A stretch of DNA of 64,000 nucleotides from a virus: IMG/VR virus record IMGVR_UViG_3300033067_000713, positions 1-64,000 of that record. One strand, written 5' to 3'. The notes under the pieces are model-generated. The model made no database searches. It saw only the letters and a list, made by a program, of their open reading frames with translations, and was not told the origin of the DNA. This document shows, piece after piece, positions 49,201 to 58,100 of this stretch. The position numbers and the translations under genes were made by a program. How positions within the stretch are numbered: position 1 is the first letter of the stretch; each line of letters begins with the position of its first letter.

Positions 49201-50043
49201 TCCAGAATTTAAAAGTTTTTGATATTCTTCTTTATAAGCTCCTACAGATTCCATACCTGCTTCTATATGTGTAGATACAGCAGCTCTATGAAGTCCTTCT
49301 ATAGTTAATTTAGCTCCATTACTTAAACCTTTTTCAGTAAGTCTAAATGCATCTATTGTTTTATCTAATATATTAGCAACAGTTTTTGCGCTTTTTCCCA
49401 TTTTACCAAGTTGTGCTAAACCTTTAGTAGCTTTAATACCTTGTCCTATTAATGATATAGCTTTAGCTTCACCTGCTACAGGAATTAATATAGTAAAAGC
49501 AGAAACAACTGAAGGTAAATTACTAAACCACCATTCATGACTTCCCATATCAATAATTTTAGCTTGAACATCAGGATCTACATATATAGGAGTTTTTTCT
49601 TTAGACCAATCTCTAATATCATTACCTATTTCAGATAACCAACTACCATACGAAGTTTCTCCTTTTCTTAAAGTATCTACTTGATCCCAATCAAATAAAA
49701 ATCCAACTGCATCTATAGTACCTCCAACTAATTCACCTATTACAGTTTGATTAAGAAAAGCTGCTGCTTCACCTAAAAAACCTTGATCTTCTGCTTTCTT
49801 TTTAGCTTCTTGATAAGCTTTAGTTTTAATAGCATTATCTAAATTTTGATTAAATATACCAGAACCAAAACCAGGTCTATTATTATCTCCTAATAATGTT
49901 CCTGCTTTTTCTAAAGATATATCACCTGTAGTACCAGGATCATATGTACTTTTTACATTATCTTTATTTTGATAAGCTTCTTTAGCTATATCTGCTAATG
50001 AAGGTATAGGTTTTTTGTTGGGATCGTTATTTTTGTTATCCAT
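40300..50043 (-). CDS. giant protein (3247 aa) with an embedded polynucleotide kinase-like P-loop domain and a zincin HExxH motif
   Basis: ILPIGTSGSGKSTFIKSL...VVFDTTNLTKDKRLPFIEAI aligns with T4 Pnk kinase ILTIGCPGSGKSTWAREF...VIISDTNLNPERRLAW (about 45780-46120). TAYHEAFHAV sits at about 44359-44373. There are three EEGGS(F)I(D) repeats. Confidence 0.65.
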   Translation of the reverse strand: MDNKNNDPNKKPIPSLADIAKEAYQNKDNVKSTYDPGTTGDISLEKAGTLLGDNNRPGFGSGIFNQNLDNAIKTKAYQEAKKKAEDQGFLGEAAAFLNQTVIGELVGGTIDAVGFLFDWDQVDTLRKGETSYGSWLSEIGNDIRDWSKEKTPIYVDPDVQAKIIDMGSHEWWFSNLPSVVSAFTILIPVAGEAKAISLIGQGIKATKGLAQLGKMGKSAKTVANILDKTIDAFRLTEKGLSNGAKLTIEGLHRAAVSTHIEAGMESVGAYKEEYQKLLNSGMSDLEAKKLAGETGAFVYRANWANFATEFMQQMLLLKTGPALTKGVIGGVEAEAAGLSKKVGRINLAKDYAKQFLFEGGEEAYQHIITQEGKYIADIKAGLTEEESFGDKMLKYSKDGELWTSAFFGGVGGAVFHKFGNKLIGGVNRLVTGAEKGLTEQQIRIEDLKSQHTRALQASKALGEAKESGSPEAILHAENDMALVLGTTSAKNQTLDYMLDRFKNLKNLSKEEREANGIDDHFVKNIDRYSKNIIKAAEMYTENTNRYGSDISESITYREYHLEKLNEDLPRIRKEYGEAVTKLPRYSETTIEGRKLIDETMKLASLHQNKLVIEHYLKTGEMTSEERKTQEKNVEILNKAIELNNESLKQKEEIYKNLNEADQLVMANLDSKFGQNVLKAKIINDSYDLRIKNLSDELTFLTSKAGQEQLRKQKEETIKKTQNKKQDQTTTEEAELANEAAATEDTTIEMDGPTFEKYIAEGRITEEQIMSNPKAKQIWEDYKSGKPTSNTTTTEDNSEENEGGSFIDIDLDNNVTKEDKTKGKETITFASNIEEVETPVNSEEEIIEGPSANMENSVFTDSNQTILLSTASALAWKSFNNTQAEKKDFTEQNKAFANFVENPLINLKGLEIRFSIDYNNEAFTKNYKGNVSIGEMANAIRNNKIPENIGLVPIKATFYKDGKIVRYNNHIMETYIHRSDYTKFSDPLLREEIIKQKTIIVENLLKGNVVSTTLNEKNNGHLRTSKNKETNKFDKRPITEIFPDIKDVVFTIGSNGRRIDPSTKQVDDSIGNKTTDGAVYLTVRTANNNTFGLRANVENLSVPEANLIHAIYVDILKNPGTYKQSISQKLIDFINNNQDTRIKDMNTYLDLSNITNQELLDHLVFNGKTKTQHAKDNKLFHTISNDLVIGDVTILGGVIDTEESRTKVVKFLTENRRRQISVKYLSNENFKKYVVTNGILTTNAVPTDNKRLFVQPLLTYNNNFNISKPTVVTKKEENVTKTTTTSNDLEAKKTDIEKRRQEELTEPKVILPIGTSGSGKSTFIKSLPQENLVVIEPDAMRVEFTGDINNKSKDKEIYIEAANRAIQAIKQGKQVVFDTTNLTKDKRLPFIEAIKKAIPTANIQYKLMELNPELAKQRIKAQLEEYNKAVEEANARPSTTNIPQNLQSGVEQYGTLQYANKEAQKVLGKNVTSIELIEKGIRTRTTRTDKELEKYNIKVGSYIKMFGKDQFGNTKNVIVKITKIVKGYDDATWYKEGWTEEGLEKLKKHTNSANAVEFKVITKRAAVSDETIDRHAASYKQMLEDIKNEPITEFKSNEEINDEYDHVVSYTKYLNSNQKNKLLSEASKKKDLALKELENQKTVKPIVTITPVVDTRSNVQKIADLNKEKEKELNDRRARSFKKDFNELNELSEDDIIKKYNDLIDQVFNTPEKIETKVEKQPEALSEPKITGPVIMDAFKQERESIENPIVTETEDYEEEGGSFIDFTFNETLPSEKPITPEEASKATEDPKEESDLEELIKQGEKLNEEEGGSIFESFKTTDVKSYQEHTPNYDTFNREVTHIRSLLPKAIAIKLSDDYVKVLKNGRLAIGLFKDNMIYLSKKSFEGTAYHEAFHAVYRTMLSYDEQKSLYKEASKAYVKYTEEDIKNLMVEHQVQRQDAIEIFYEEQMADDFMDFMKEPNKFSYSKGIQGLFQRLLDWLNNVFLNNITRRKLFNDISTGKYKNKPVRLSRGVAYKTIEGGLYKMKKTGEGFDPQDVPDIVRQLSFIILTSKYPEVKATNKKEAREIGKKLEIKAIKDELLKTMARNHKLGNTELSHRAKKVYDNLTDFYYLTTNYIESLGLSQDIESQGEDSDGNVIYKPSYEISGKDGATQKVKLMIALIPKFKTYDINDFKNRKPDLNTYLGLPKFENFNSVWNRLEKHLTGTVPINRNGIEISTFDLIMEKLTTMGKYHTSLAYLKNKLSTADTFTKSEFAVAFSRYNGIYVDTLISGTSGNFTYKHANADVLNAASNFAKVWSNKFVENFGIMSSDGKLVHNPESLQKLTAIHNEFNMSLLNDKRNKKVSANTINLFKEELNLLGINLSEQALTKVINDEKDKIKKTDNENENTLKAYDNLFIHLNKALVSSANYNSLIATKNSKAKSGELTEENNHILDQKFFKEILAEAEAEFVEIQGENTIPGPDGTTKWISQDHSLMSIILNQVKLGDLSLLEKLSKLPFNRSSKWINDLLTKSETRDKVRLVNYNNYKIEKKNDAGNKAKDLKEPDQLNDNINKYLKGIYVGLAEADKSQQFYIEGFDTENSQVLFKDGQVDTSGNNAVNILYKYFRDEVARMVVAHNQLYNKETNQRLKDEDKIIYYHYAKTPGDNDGNWKTSYLFPNMDLEVMGIINRSKVDGKTILAVNAIETLKPEQVIEIQKYIKEQFIKAVQNDVKVLNEYKIINYNNGQFNNITLDSEILSTKYQGNVIHAVGDYTLNSIIANVEFTKLFTQDPALFKNKGDIFEDFKKRIPLITASGKLQRIFDEGEYKVKESYNSAVIQNIETPSAYFTDPKNIKAISLATEISEDEIKDIFLGNEWRENKLGAYGKVNQTDAQAWITIDLYRERMLGFGKWNADLEEVFKRIKAGDDTFEDNLLFAQPLKTVHSEIVILNGVATIQYNKQSEAVLLPNIVKGTKMQNILDAMINQKIDHIITLDGKKTGARGVAQIINKETNELLPTDQIKLHPTILSNKFLFLQQDLPHKGLKDTLIGSQMVKNVLSMLVLTDDYEGMSGIELYGKYNQTIGKLSDLGLIEFQDKIGYNETEDRITDKPKFNKEMAKAIKDVASDNITNGLINNLNINTLFQFKNKFQNKLGAMITRASVKQKQPGGSMIYTSNFGMENTTVKLTDKIVENGIIWFKKPSEELNPARLVENTALNSEENSIFVELQKDLTEGELTKEQQDLLKGKNIKELEPTTDNLGLLIKVHCK

Positions 50044-50077
50044 ATTAGTTTCTTCCTTTGTGCAAATATACTAAAAA

Positions 50078-52777
50078 TTAATGATTCATTGGATTATTAA
50101 GTAACCATCCTTTATTTTTTCTATTTTTATCATATTGTTCTTGAGATATATATTTACGTTTATATTTTTTTGTATCAGGATCTACTACTATGTTATTATT
50201 TGCTTCTATACCTTTTGCAAATCCTTCATATAATGCAGAATAAATACTTTTTTCATCTTCAATATCTTTTGTTATTTCTGCTGCATTACCTGTATAACCA
50301 GAAGCTTTAGCTTGTTCTACTCTAGCTTCACTATCTTCTTTAATAGCTTTTACATAATTATTAAAATCTTCTATACTATTAAATTTTAATTTTTCAGTAA
50401 TAGCATTACCATTATGATCTTTTATAGTAGCTAAAATATTACCATTATTAGATGATGATTTTTCTGTTTCTATAATATGTGGAGTTTCTTTTAATAAACC
50501 AGTATTAAAGAATTTAACATCCATATATGCTTTTTGACCTATAGGTGTATTAAGTACTTTAGATAATTGTCTATAATAATCTGGATCATTAAACATTTCT
50601 GCATCTACATAGGATTGTTGCCCTGTAAATGAATTTTTATTAGCAAAATAATTAGATCTATTTTCTCTTACTTTAGCATCAGTATAAGTTTTAGTAGCTA
50701 CTCCTTGGGCAATTATTTTATAATTCTTTTGTACAGCACCTTTAACAGTTATAGGTTCTTTTTTACCATCTAATTTCATAGTACTGTATTTAGATTCTAT
50801 AGCAGATACATTTAAACCTATTTTAGTTCCAGTAAGTTTACCATTTTGCATATCTCTATAAACTTCTTTATCTACAGAAGCTAATTTAATAGATGCAGGA
50901 TCAGGATATTCAGGATTAGGTACTTGTACTCCATTAACTGGAATAGTAGGTTGTATTACTTTTCCTGTATAATCCATAACAACAAATTGTGATAAGTTAT
51001 TATTTAACATATCTTGCATTACTTTATCAGCAGTTTTAGCTTTACCTTTTATTTTACCATTTTCATCAAATTGTGTATATTCATCAAATTGTGCAACTTG
51101 TGCTTTAGGTGTATATTGTTTAGATAAATTATTATAAGCTTCTATAGTATTTTTAGAAAGTTCAATTGTATTTTCACTATTAGCAATCTCTTTAAAATAA
51201 TAATTTTTAGCTAATAATGAATTATAATATTTAGTTGCTGTATTAATTATTTGTCCCATTTTAGGATTATTATCTTTCTTTTGTTTTTCACCCATAACTA
51301 CAATAGATTTATAAAGAATATTTAAAGCATTTTTAGGATCTTTATCTTTTATAGTTGCATATAAAGCTAACACTTGTTTCATTTTAGGATCATTTTCTAT
51401 TTCAGTAATATTATCATGAGCTTCTTTATAAGTTAAATCATTATATTTTTTACTTCCTGTACTTATATCTACTGCAAGAGCATATTTATCTTCTATTTCT
51501 TTTAATCTAATATTATTATCTTGAAGTTTTACCATCTCAGCAGTTTGAGTATTATTTAAATATTTTAACATATTTTGTTTTTCTTGATCACTTATTGGCT
51601 TACCATTCATAAAGTTTTGTCCACCTGGTAAACCTTCTAACATTGCTTTTTGTTCATTAGTAAACGCAAAAGGTTTACCTGAATTAACTGCATCAATAAC
51701 TTGTTTATATTGATTTATACTATGTTGAGCATTTTTTACATTATTTTGATATTCAGTAAATAAACTTGGTTTACCATCTTTCATAGCAAAAGTATTTTTA
51801 AAACTTGCATCACCTCTATATACAGGTAACCCATCTACTGTTATATTAGGTTGTTGTACAACAGTTCTTTCTAATGCATTTTGTTGATTTTCAATATCAT
51901 CTAAATTAGTTTTAAATGTATTATGTTCAAATTCTCCACTAACATCTTTTAAATATTTTAATACATAATTTTTAGCATTTACATTATATTCATCTTTTTG
52001 TTCTTTAGTCATATTTTGTAATTGAATACTAGGAACTTCAGTACCAAATATATCTTTATTATATCTTTCTATTAATTGTCTTCCTCCTGGTCCATCAATA
52101 AAATGATCTAACATAGCTAAAGTTCTTTTATCTAAAGTTGTTTCACTTACTCCTGATGAACTTGTTTTATATGAAAAATCTTTAAACTTTTTTACATTAT
52201 CACTACCTGATTCTTTAATATCATCATATAATTTTTTACCTAAAGCATCTATATCATTACCTGTTTTAATATTTTCATCACCTAATTGTATATCTCCTGT
52301 AAATCCTTTACCATTTTCAGCAGTATATTTATTATATCTAGTAATATATTCATTAGCTAATTCTTCAGCAGCAGCATAAGTATCTTTATCTTGTTTTAAA
52401 GCATTATAACGTAATAAAAAAGCATCATGTTTATCAACAGCAGCTTGTACAGCTTTTAAACCTTCATCAGATTTAAATTTCTTCATATAATCTCTATATT
52501 GTCTTTGAAATTCAGGAGAAGTAAAATCTTTACCTATACTTTCATTTATAAAGTTTTCATGTTTTTGTTTCCATTCTTTAATATATTTAGTATCATAACC
52601 AGCTAATGATCTTTGATTCCAATCACCTAATTCTGTTTGTATAGCTTGATCTACTAAATCATATTGTTTTTGTTTTTGTTGTAAAGCACCTAACATTAAA
52701 TCTGTAGGTAATTCTTCAGGCACGAACTGGCTTAAATATTGACCACGTTGTGGTGAAAAAAATCTGTTGGTCGCCAT
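50078..52777 (-). CDS. hypothetical large protein (899 aa)
   Basis: Long ORF with no diagnostic motif. Confidence 0.55.
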   Translation of the reverse strand: MATNRFFSPQRGQYLSQFVPEELPTDLMLGALQQKQKQYDLVDQAIQTELGDWNQRSLAGYDTKYIKEWKQKHENFINESIGKDFTSPEFQRQYRDYMKKFKSDEGLKAVQAAVDKHDAFLLRYNALKQDKDTYAAAEELANEYITRYNKYTAENGKGFTGDIQLGDENIKTGNDIDALGKKLYDDIKESGSDNVKKFKDFSYKTSSSGVSETTLDKRTLAMLDHFIDGPGGRQLIERYNKDIFGTEVPSIQLQNMTKEQKDEYNVNAKNYVLKYLKDVSGEFEHNTFKTNLDDIENQQNALERTVVQQPNITVDGLPVYRGDASFKNTFAMKDGKPSLFTEYQNNVKNAQHSINQYKQVIDAVNSGKPFAFTNEQKAMLEGLPGGQNFMNGKPISDQEKQNMLKYLNNTQTAEMVKLQDNNIRLKEIEDKYALAVDISTGSKKYNDLTYKEAHDNITEIENDPKMKQVLALYATIKDKDPKNALNILYKSIVVMGEKQKKDNNPKMGQIINTATKYYNSLLAKNYYFKEIANSENTIELSKNTIEAYNNLSKQYTPKAQVAQFDEYTQFDENGKIKGKAKTADKVMQDMLNNNLSQFVVMDYTGKVIQPTIPVNGVQVPNPEYPDPASIKLASVDKEVYRDMQNGKLTGTKIGLNVSAIESKYSTMKLDGKKEPITVKGAVQKNYKIIAQGVATKTYTDAKVRENRSNYFANKNSFTGQQSYVDAEMFNDPDYYRQLSKVLNTPIGQKAYMDVKFFNTGLLKETPHIIETEKSSSNNGNILATIKDHNGNAITEKLKFNSIEDFNNYVKAIKEDSEARVEQAKASGYTGNAAEITKDIEDEKSIYSALYEGFAKGIEANNNIVVDPDTKKYKRKYISQEQYDKNRKNKGWLLNNPMNH

Positions 52778-52831
52778 AATTAATTCTTTTTAGTTATACT
52801 TGTTTTTGTTTTTTTATTACCTGATTTAGTA

Positions 52832-55039
52832 TCAGTTGTTTGTTGTAGTACTTTTAGCATTAGATTTAGTAGCTTTATTAGAAGTACCTGTATAAGCTCC
52901 TAATCCACCTGTACCACCAAATGATTGTACATATTCTAATACCATTTTATCATTTTCTGGATCAATACCCCATTTATAATTAGGAAATAAAGAGTTCATA
53001 GCATCTAATTTCATTTTATTAGATTTATCATTAGCTCTATTTAATTCTTTATCTCTTAAATAACCTTGAGCATTATTAGATAAATCAGATAATCCTAATG
53101 ATTTAAGAGAATCACTCATTGCTTTATTTTGTTCATTAGCTACTATCTCTTCATTATTAATAGAATTATTTCTAACTAAGAAATCATTTAATGTAGTTAC
53201 ATTAGCTAAGTGTTCTCTTTGATAACTATCAGATAAACCTTTCATTTTACTATCATTAATAGCACTTGATTGTGCGGCTAATGCTGCTAATGCTGTTCCT
53301 GATCCACCACCAATATTTCTAACATTCTCATTAGCTATTAATCTTGCTTTACCTGCTTCTCTTCTTAAATTTTCTCTTTCTGATTCTAAATTAACTAAAT
53401 TAGGATTCATATTTTGAAAATTAGTTACATCAGGTTTCCAACCTTTAGCTACATTATATAATCCAGGCAACATAGATAAACCTAAAGCCATTTCTTCATT
53501 ACCTATTTTAGATTTATTTTTAGTATTATTTGTAGTAGTAGAATTATCTTCTATATTAGTTTTATATTTATCTTGTGTAGTTTTCCAAGCTTCATAATCA
53601 AATGTAGGTATTACTTCTGATTGAAGATTATTAACTGGTTGTGGAAAATTAAAATCAGAATTTAATTGTGATTGATTATTTAAATAAGATCTTTTATACA
53701 TATCAGGTAAAGAACCTTCACCTACATTATAATCTACAAATGAATTATCATTTTCCATATCTGGAAATACACCAGGTGATTTTTTATCTTTTTTATTTCC
53801 ACCTAATTTAAATTTTTGCATAATTCCTTGTAATTCTTGAGCATGAGCTTGTTTTTTTTCTTCAATAGCTTTTACCATCTCATTTTGTTGCATATATTCT
53901 GTTAATGCTTGTTCTTTAGCTCTTTCAGAATATTGATCATTTTCTCTGCCTTTATATTTAGCTTCTATTCTTTTAGTAGCTTGAGCAAATGTAATCTTCT
54001 TTCCAGGTACTTTTAAAGTATCAGAAAATACATAATCTTTATAAGATGTTTCTCCACCTTCTACTTCAGCACCTTCTGTTAATTTTATACCACCATTTTC
54101 ATGAGATTCTCCATTAAAGTTATTTACTGATTTATCTCCACCCATTTCAAATTTATTTAAAATTGGTTTTTGCATTTCTTGTTTAATATTTTCAGATTGT
54201 GAACCTCTTTCTTGTTGTACATTATTAGGTTTTATATTATAATATTCATTATAATAATTAACTAATTCTGTTCTATTTATATCTTTATTATCCCAACCCC
54301 ACTCATTTTCTGAAGCTAACCCTCCTCTTTGACTTCCATAACCACTCATTTTTCTCATATTATCTTCAACAGAAAAAGGGTCAAATCCATTATCTAACAT
54401 ACTCCAAAAAACATTTTTTACTTGTTGTTTTCTTTTAATAGGGTCTTCTATATATTTTCCATATTTTAAATCTTTTATATTTTCTTCCCAAGCATCATTT
54501 ATAGCTTTTTTCTCTGAAGTTTTAAAACCTCCATCAACCATTTTATATGGATTAGCACTTGTTATATTAGGAAGTCCTGCATAATAATTACCTAAATCAT
54601 CAGCTACTTCTTTATTTGCAACTTTAGTTTTTTTATTATTTATACCTGCTGATATGAACCCTGCACCTATACCTACACCAGCAGCTACAAGAGGATTACC
54701 TGTTGCTTTAAAAGCTTTTGTTCCCCATTCTACACCTGCACCTATTCCACTATTAATAGCAGATTTTTTAGTATTTTGAATACCTCTATCATCAGTAACA
54801 TTTGTTAATCGATTTAATCCAGTTGTAATATCAGAACCTTCTAAATCCATACCTAATAAAGATTTTATATCAAAACCTTTTCCAGTATCTAACTTTAAAT
54901 TAGGATCAATTGCTGTATCTGATACTTCAGGAATATCTGATAAATAACTTGGAGTAGCACTTAATTCTCCACCTAAATCAAATAATGAAATATAAGGATT
55001 TAATGTTCTAGCAGTTGTGTTTTTAGTTTTCTTTGCCAT
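52832..55039 (-). CDS. hypothetical large protein (735 aa), Gly/Asn/Ser-rich
   Basis: Long ORF. Confidence 0.55.
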   Translation of the reverse strand: MAKKTKNTTARTLNPYISLFDLGGELSATPSYLSDIPEVSDTAIDPNLKLDTGKGFDIKSLLGMDLEGSDITTGLNRLTNVTDDRGIQNTKKSAINSGIGAGVEWGTKAFKATGNPLVAAGVGIGAGFISAGINNKKTKVANKEVADDLGNYYAGLPNITSANPYKMVDGGFKTSEKKAINDAWEENIKDLKYGKYIEDPIKRKQQVKNVFWSMLDNGFDPFSVEDNMRKMSGYGSQRGGLASENEWGWDNKDINRTELVNYYNEYYNIKPNNVQQERGSQSENIKQEMQKPILNKFEMGGDKSVNNFNGESHENGGIKLTEGAEVEGGETSYKDYVFSDTLKVPGKKITFAQATKRIEAKYKGRENDQYSERAKEQALTEYMQQNEMVKAIEEKKQAHAQELQGIMQKFKLGGNKKDKKSPGVFPDMENDNSFVDYNVGEGSLPDMYKRSYLNNQSQLNSDFNFPQPVNNLQSEVIPTFDYEAWKTTQDKYKTNIEDNSTTTNNTKNKSKIGNEEMALGLSMLPGLYNVAKGWKPDVTNFQNMNPNLVNLESERENLRREAGKARLIANENVRNIGGGSGTALAALAAQSSAINDSKMKGLSDSYQREHLANVTTLNDFLVRNNSINNEEIVANEQNKAMSDSLKSLGLSDLSNNAQGYLRDKELNRANDKSNKMKLDAMNSLFPNYKWGIDPENDKMVLEYVQSFGGTGGLGAYTGTSNKATKSNAKSTTTNN

Positions 55040-55140
55040 AGTAAAATAGGTTATTCAAAGATAATTAAATTATAATTATCCAAGAAACATTAATTGTATT
55101 TATTTGTAATAAGTTAAGTTAAAATTTGTAATAGAAATTA

Positions 55141-58100
55141 TTACATAGGTGCAGGAGTATAATTATATCCTAATTCATGAAGTACAAAACGTTGATTAGC
55201 AGCATTTTGATATTCAATAGTAAGTTCTGCCCAAGGATTTCTTATTCTACTTTTACCATCTGTATTATCTCTAGGAATTTGTAATCTCCAAGTTCTCATT
55301 CTTCTTTTAATATTATTATTATTAGTTAAAGAAATTAAACCTGTATCTTGATATTCATTTCTTACTCTAAATTTATTTATAGTATTAGTATAAAGATCTA
55401 AATTATTAGTATCATAAGCTTCTGATAAAAACATAAGATTATTAAATATCTTAGTAATATTACCATTATCTCCTAAGAAAGTAATTAATCTTGATATAGT
55501 TTCTGGTTGATTATAAAAGAAACAATAATCACCTTCATTATGAATATAAGCTTCTTTAGAATCATTAGGATTAACTGAGAGTAATCTTCTACCATATTGT
55601 AAGTATATACCAGGTAAATAAGAATAAAAGCTTTCAAAAGCATCTATAACTTCATTATAAGATATAGTATATCTTGGTTGGTAATCTGTTAGAATAGTTA
55701 CATCATATTCTGTAATATCTGGTTCAATACCAAAATCAAAAGTAAAATCAGAATTAACTAAATAATAAATTCCTCCAGTATAAATTATATTACCTGTAAT
55801 AAAATCAAATATACCAGTTAAATCTGTAAAATAAGGCATTAAGAAAGTATATAATATTCTATTATATCTATAATCTGCTTCACCATGAACACCTGTTGGA
55901 CCACCATCTATTTGTCTTAAAGTAAAATCTTCTTTATTAATAGAACCTGTAATTTTATTATCAAAGAAAGAACTCATACCTTTCATATCAGATATAGGCA
56001 TTACTCCTTCACTAGTTTTAAATAATTTTCTTAATCTAGCATCATAATGATATAACCCATTTTCAGTTGCTACTACAGCAAACTGATGATAACATCCTGT
56101 TATAACAGATAAATATTGATAATCTGGAAATATTCCACCAGTACCTAATACTGCTTGTTGTCCTGAAGCATCAGTAATAATACTTCTTTCATTAATAGAA
56201 GCAATACCAATAGCCATATCTTGATAATAGAATAATCTATCTTTATAATTTATAATTCTATTAATTGGACCATAAGTACCTGTTACTTCTGTTTTATTAG
56301 CAGGTTTAAAAATTCTCCATTTATCTAATAATTCACCATTAATTTTAGGTTCTGATGCCCATAATTGAAATGGATTTTCTTCATTAGTTTCTATTAAAAA
56401 ATCTTTAGCAAAAAACTTTTGTTCTGCTATAGGTTGTTGAGAAAATATATGATTATAAACATATTGATTACTTTGGTAATCTCCCATAGAATAACCTCCT
56501 GATGTTCCTCTATTAGCTGCCCAATGAACACCTGATCTATAATTTGTATTACAAGGACTCTCAGTAAAGAAACAAACAGCTACAGATAATTTGTTAACAT
56601 CTGGAACTTTATAAGGTTCTCCAAAAGCACCATCTTGGTTTTGGTATCTTTCTATTTGTTCATCATCATAATAATTAACAAATACATCTCCACCATAAAC
56701 TTCTGGAGTAATAATATCAGGAATAGTATCACTAATTACTTGATAATGATTAGTTGATATATATTGATTTTTACTTCTATCAGCAAATGTATTTCCACCA
56801 TATTGAGATAATACATATCTACAATAATGTACTTCTTTAAAATAAACATATCCAGAAGTATCTGTACCTCCAAAATTAATACCTCTAAAATCTCCTCCTA
56901 AATGCCAAGATTGTGTTGCTCCATCTACAGTATGAATTACTCCAGTACCTGATTTTAATAACATTAACATTTTAGGACTTCCTATACCAAGAGGATGTTC
57001 TTCTTTAGCATCAGATACTAATATAGTAGCTTCTCTTGAGTAAGAACTATTCATTAAATTCTCTCCTGTATAACCAGATAATATTCCACCAGCAGGATAA
57101 TATTGTCCTATATTCATTATTTCTTGAGCACCTATTTCATGCCATTCTCTTCCATGAGTATAAGGAATAAATAATTTAGTTTTATAATAAAAACCATAAT
57201 CTTTATCTGTATCAGGATCAGTTGTAGCACTATTTAAATAATATTTATTACAAGTAGCTCTTTGATAACCTGTTGTTTTAATAAAATCACCTGGTTTAAA
57301 ATCTACAGGATATAATTGTCCTATTGGAGATATTAAATAAGTTAATCTTTTAGTATCACTAGAATTAAATTGAGGATCATTAAATCCTGGTTTATCAGAT
57401 AAATGTAATATATTATTTACAGTTGAACCATAGATTTCAGTATCATCTGATATTTTAAAAGGATTACTAGGACCTGGTGCTCCATCATTAGAAGCTTCCC
57501 ACCTATGTAATAAAGTAGTTTCATAAGATTCATCTTGTTGATCAAAACACATTAAAAGTCCAGTACCTAATTTTGTTTTATCAGATAACTCTCTATTAAC
57601 TCTTACTATTCTACAACCATCTATTTTATCTCTTATAGAAGAAATATCTATAGTAAATTTAATACCAATAGAATACATATATTCTAATCCACCAATTTCA
57701 GTACCTATAGGAAAACCATCTTCTACATCAGGTATTCTAATATCACCAATCCAACTTACAAAAGAAGAAGAGCCAGCTTTATCATAAAATACTATACCAA
57801 ATCTATATGTTTCTCCTCTACTATAACCTCTAAAATAACCATGATTATAAATATTAGAATTATCTTTAAATTGATCAGAATTTTCTATTGTAAATGTAGT
57901 ACCATCAGCATTTAATTGTCCTACCATTATATCATCACCATCAGTAGTTGCCCATCTATTAACTTCTATATGAGAAGGATGATCAGTTAAACTTTGTTGA
58001 AAATTAGCTGCAATTTCTTTTTTAGTAAATTCATAAGAAATATTAGGACCACTTCCTCCAATAGTTACACCATCAGATTTATATTTATATTGTTGTGAAA

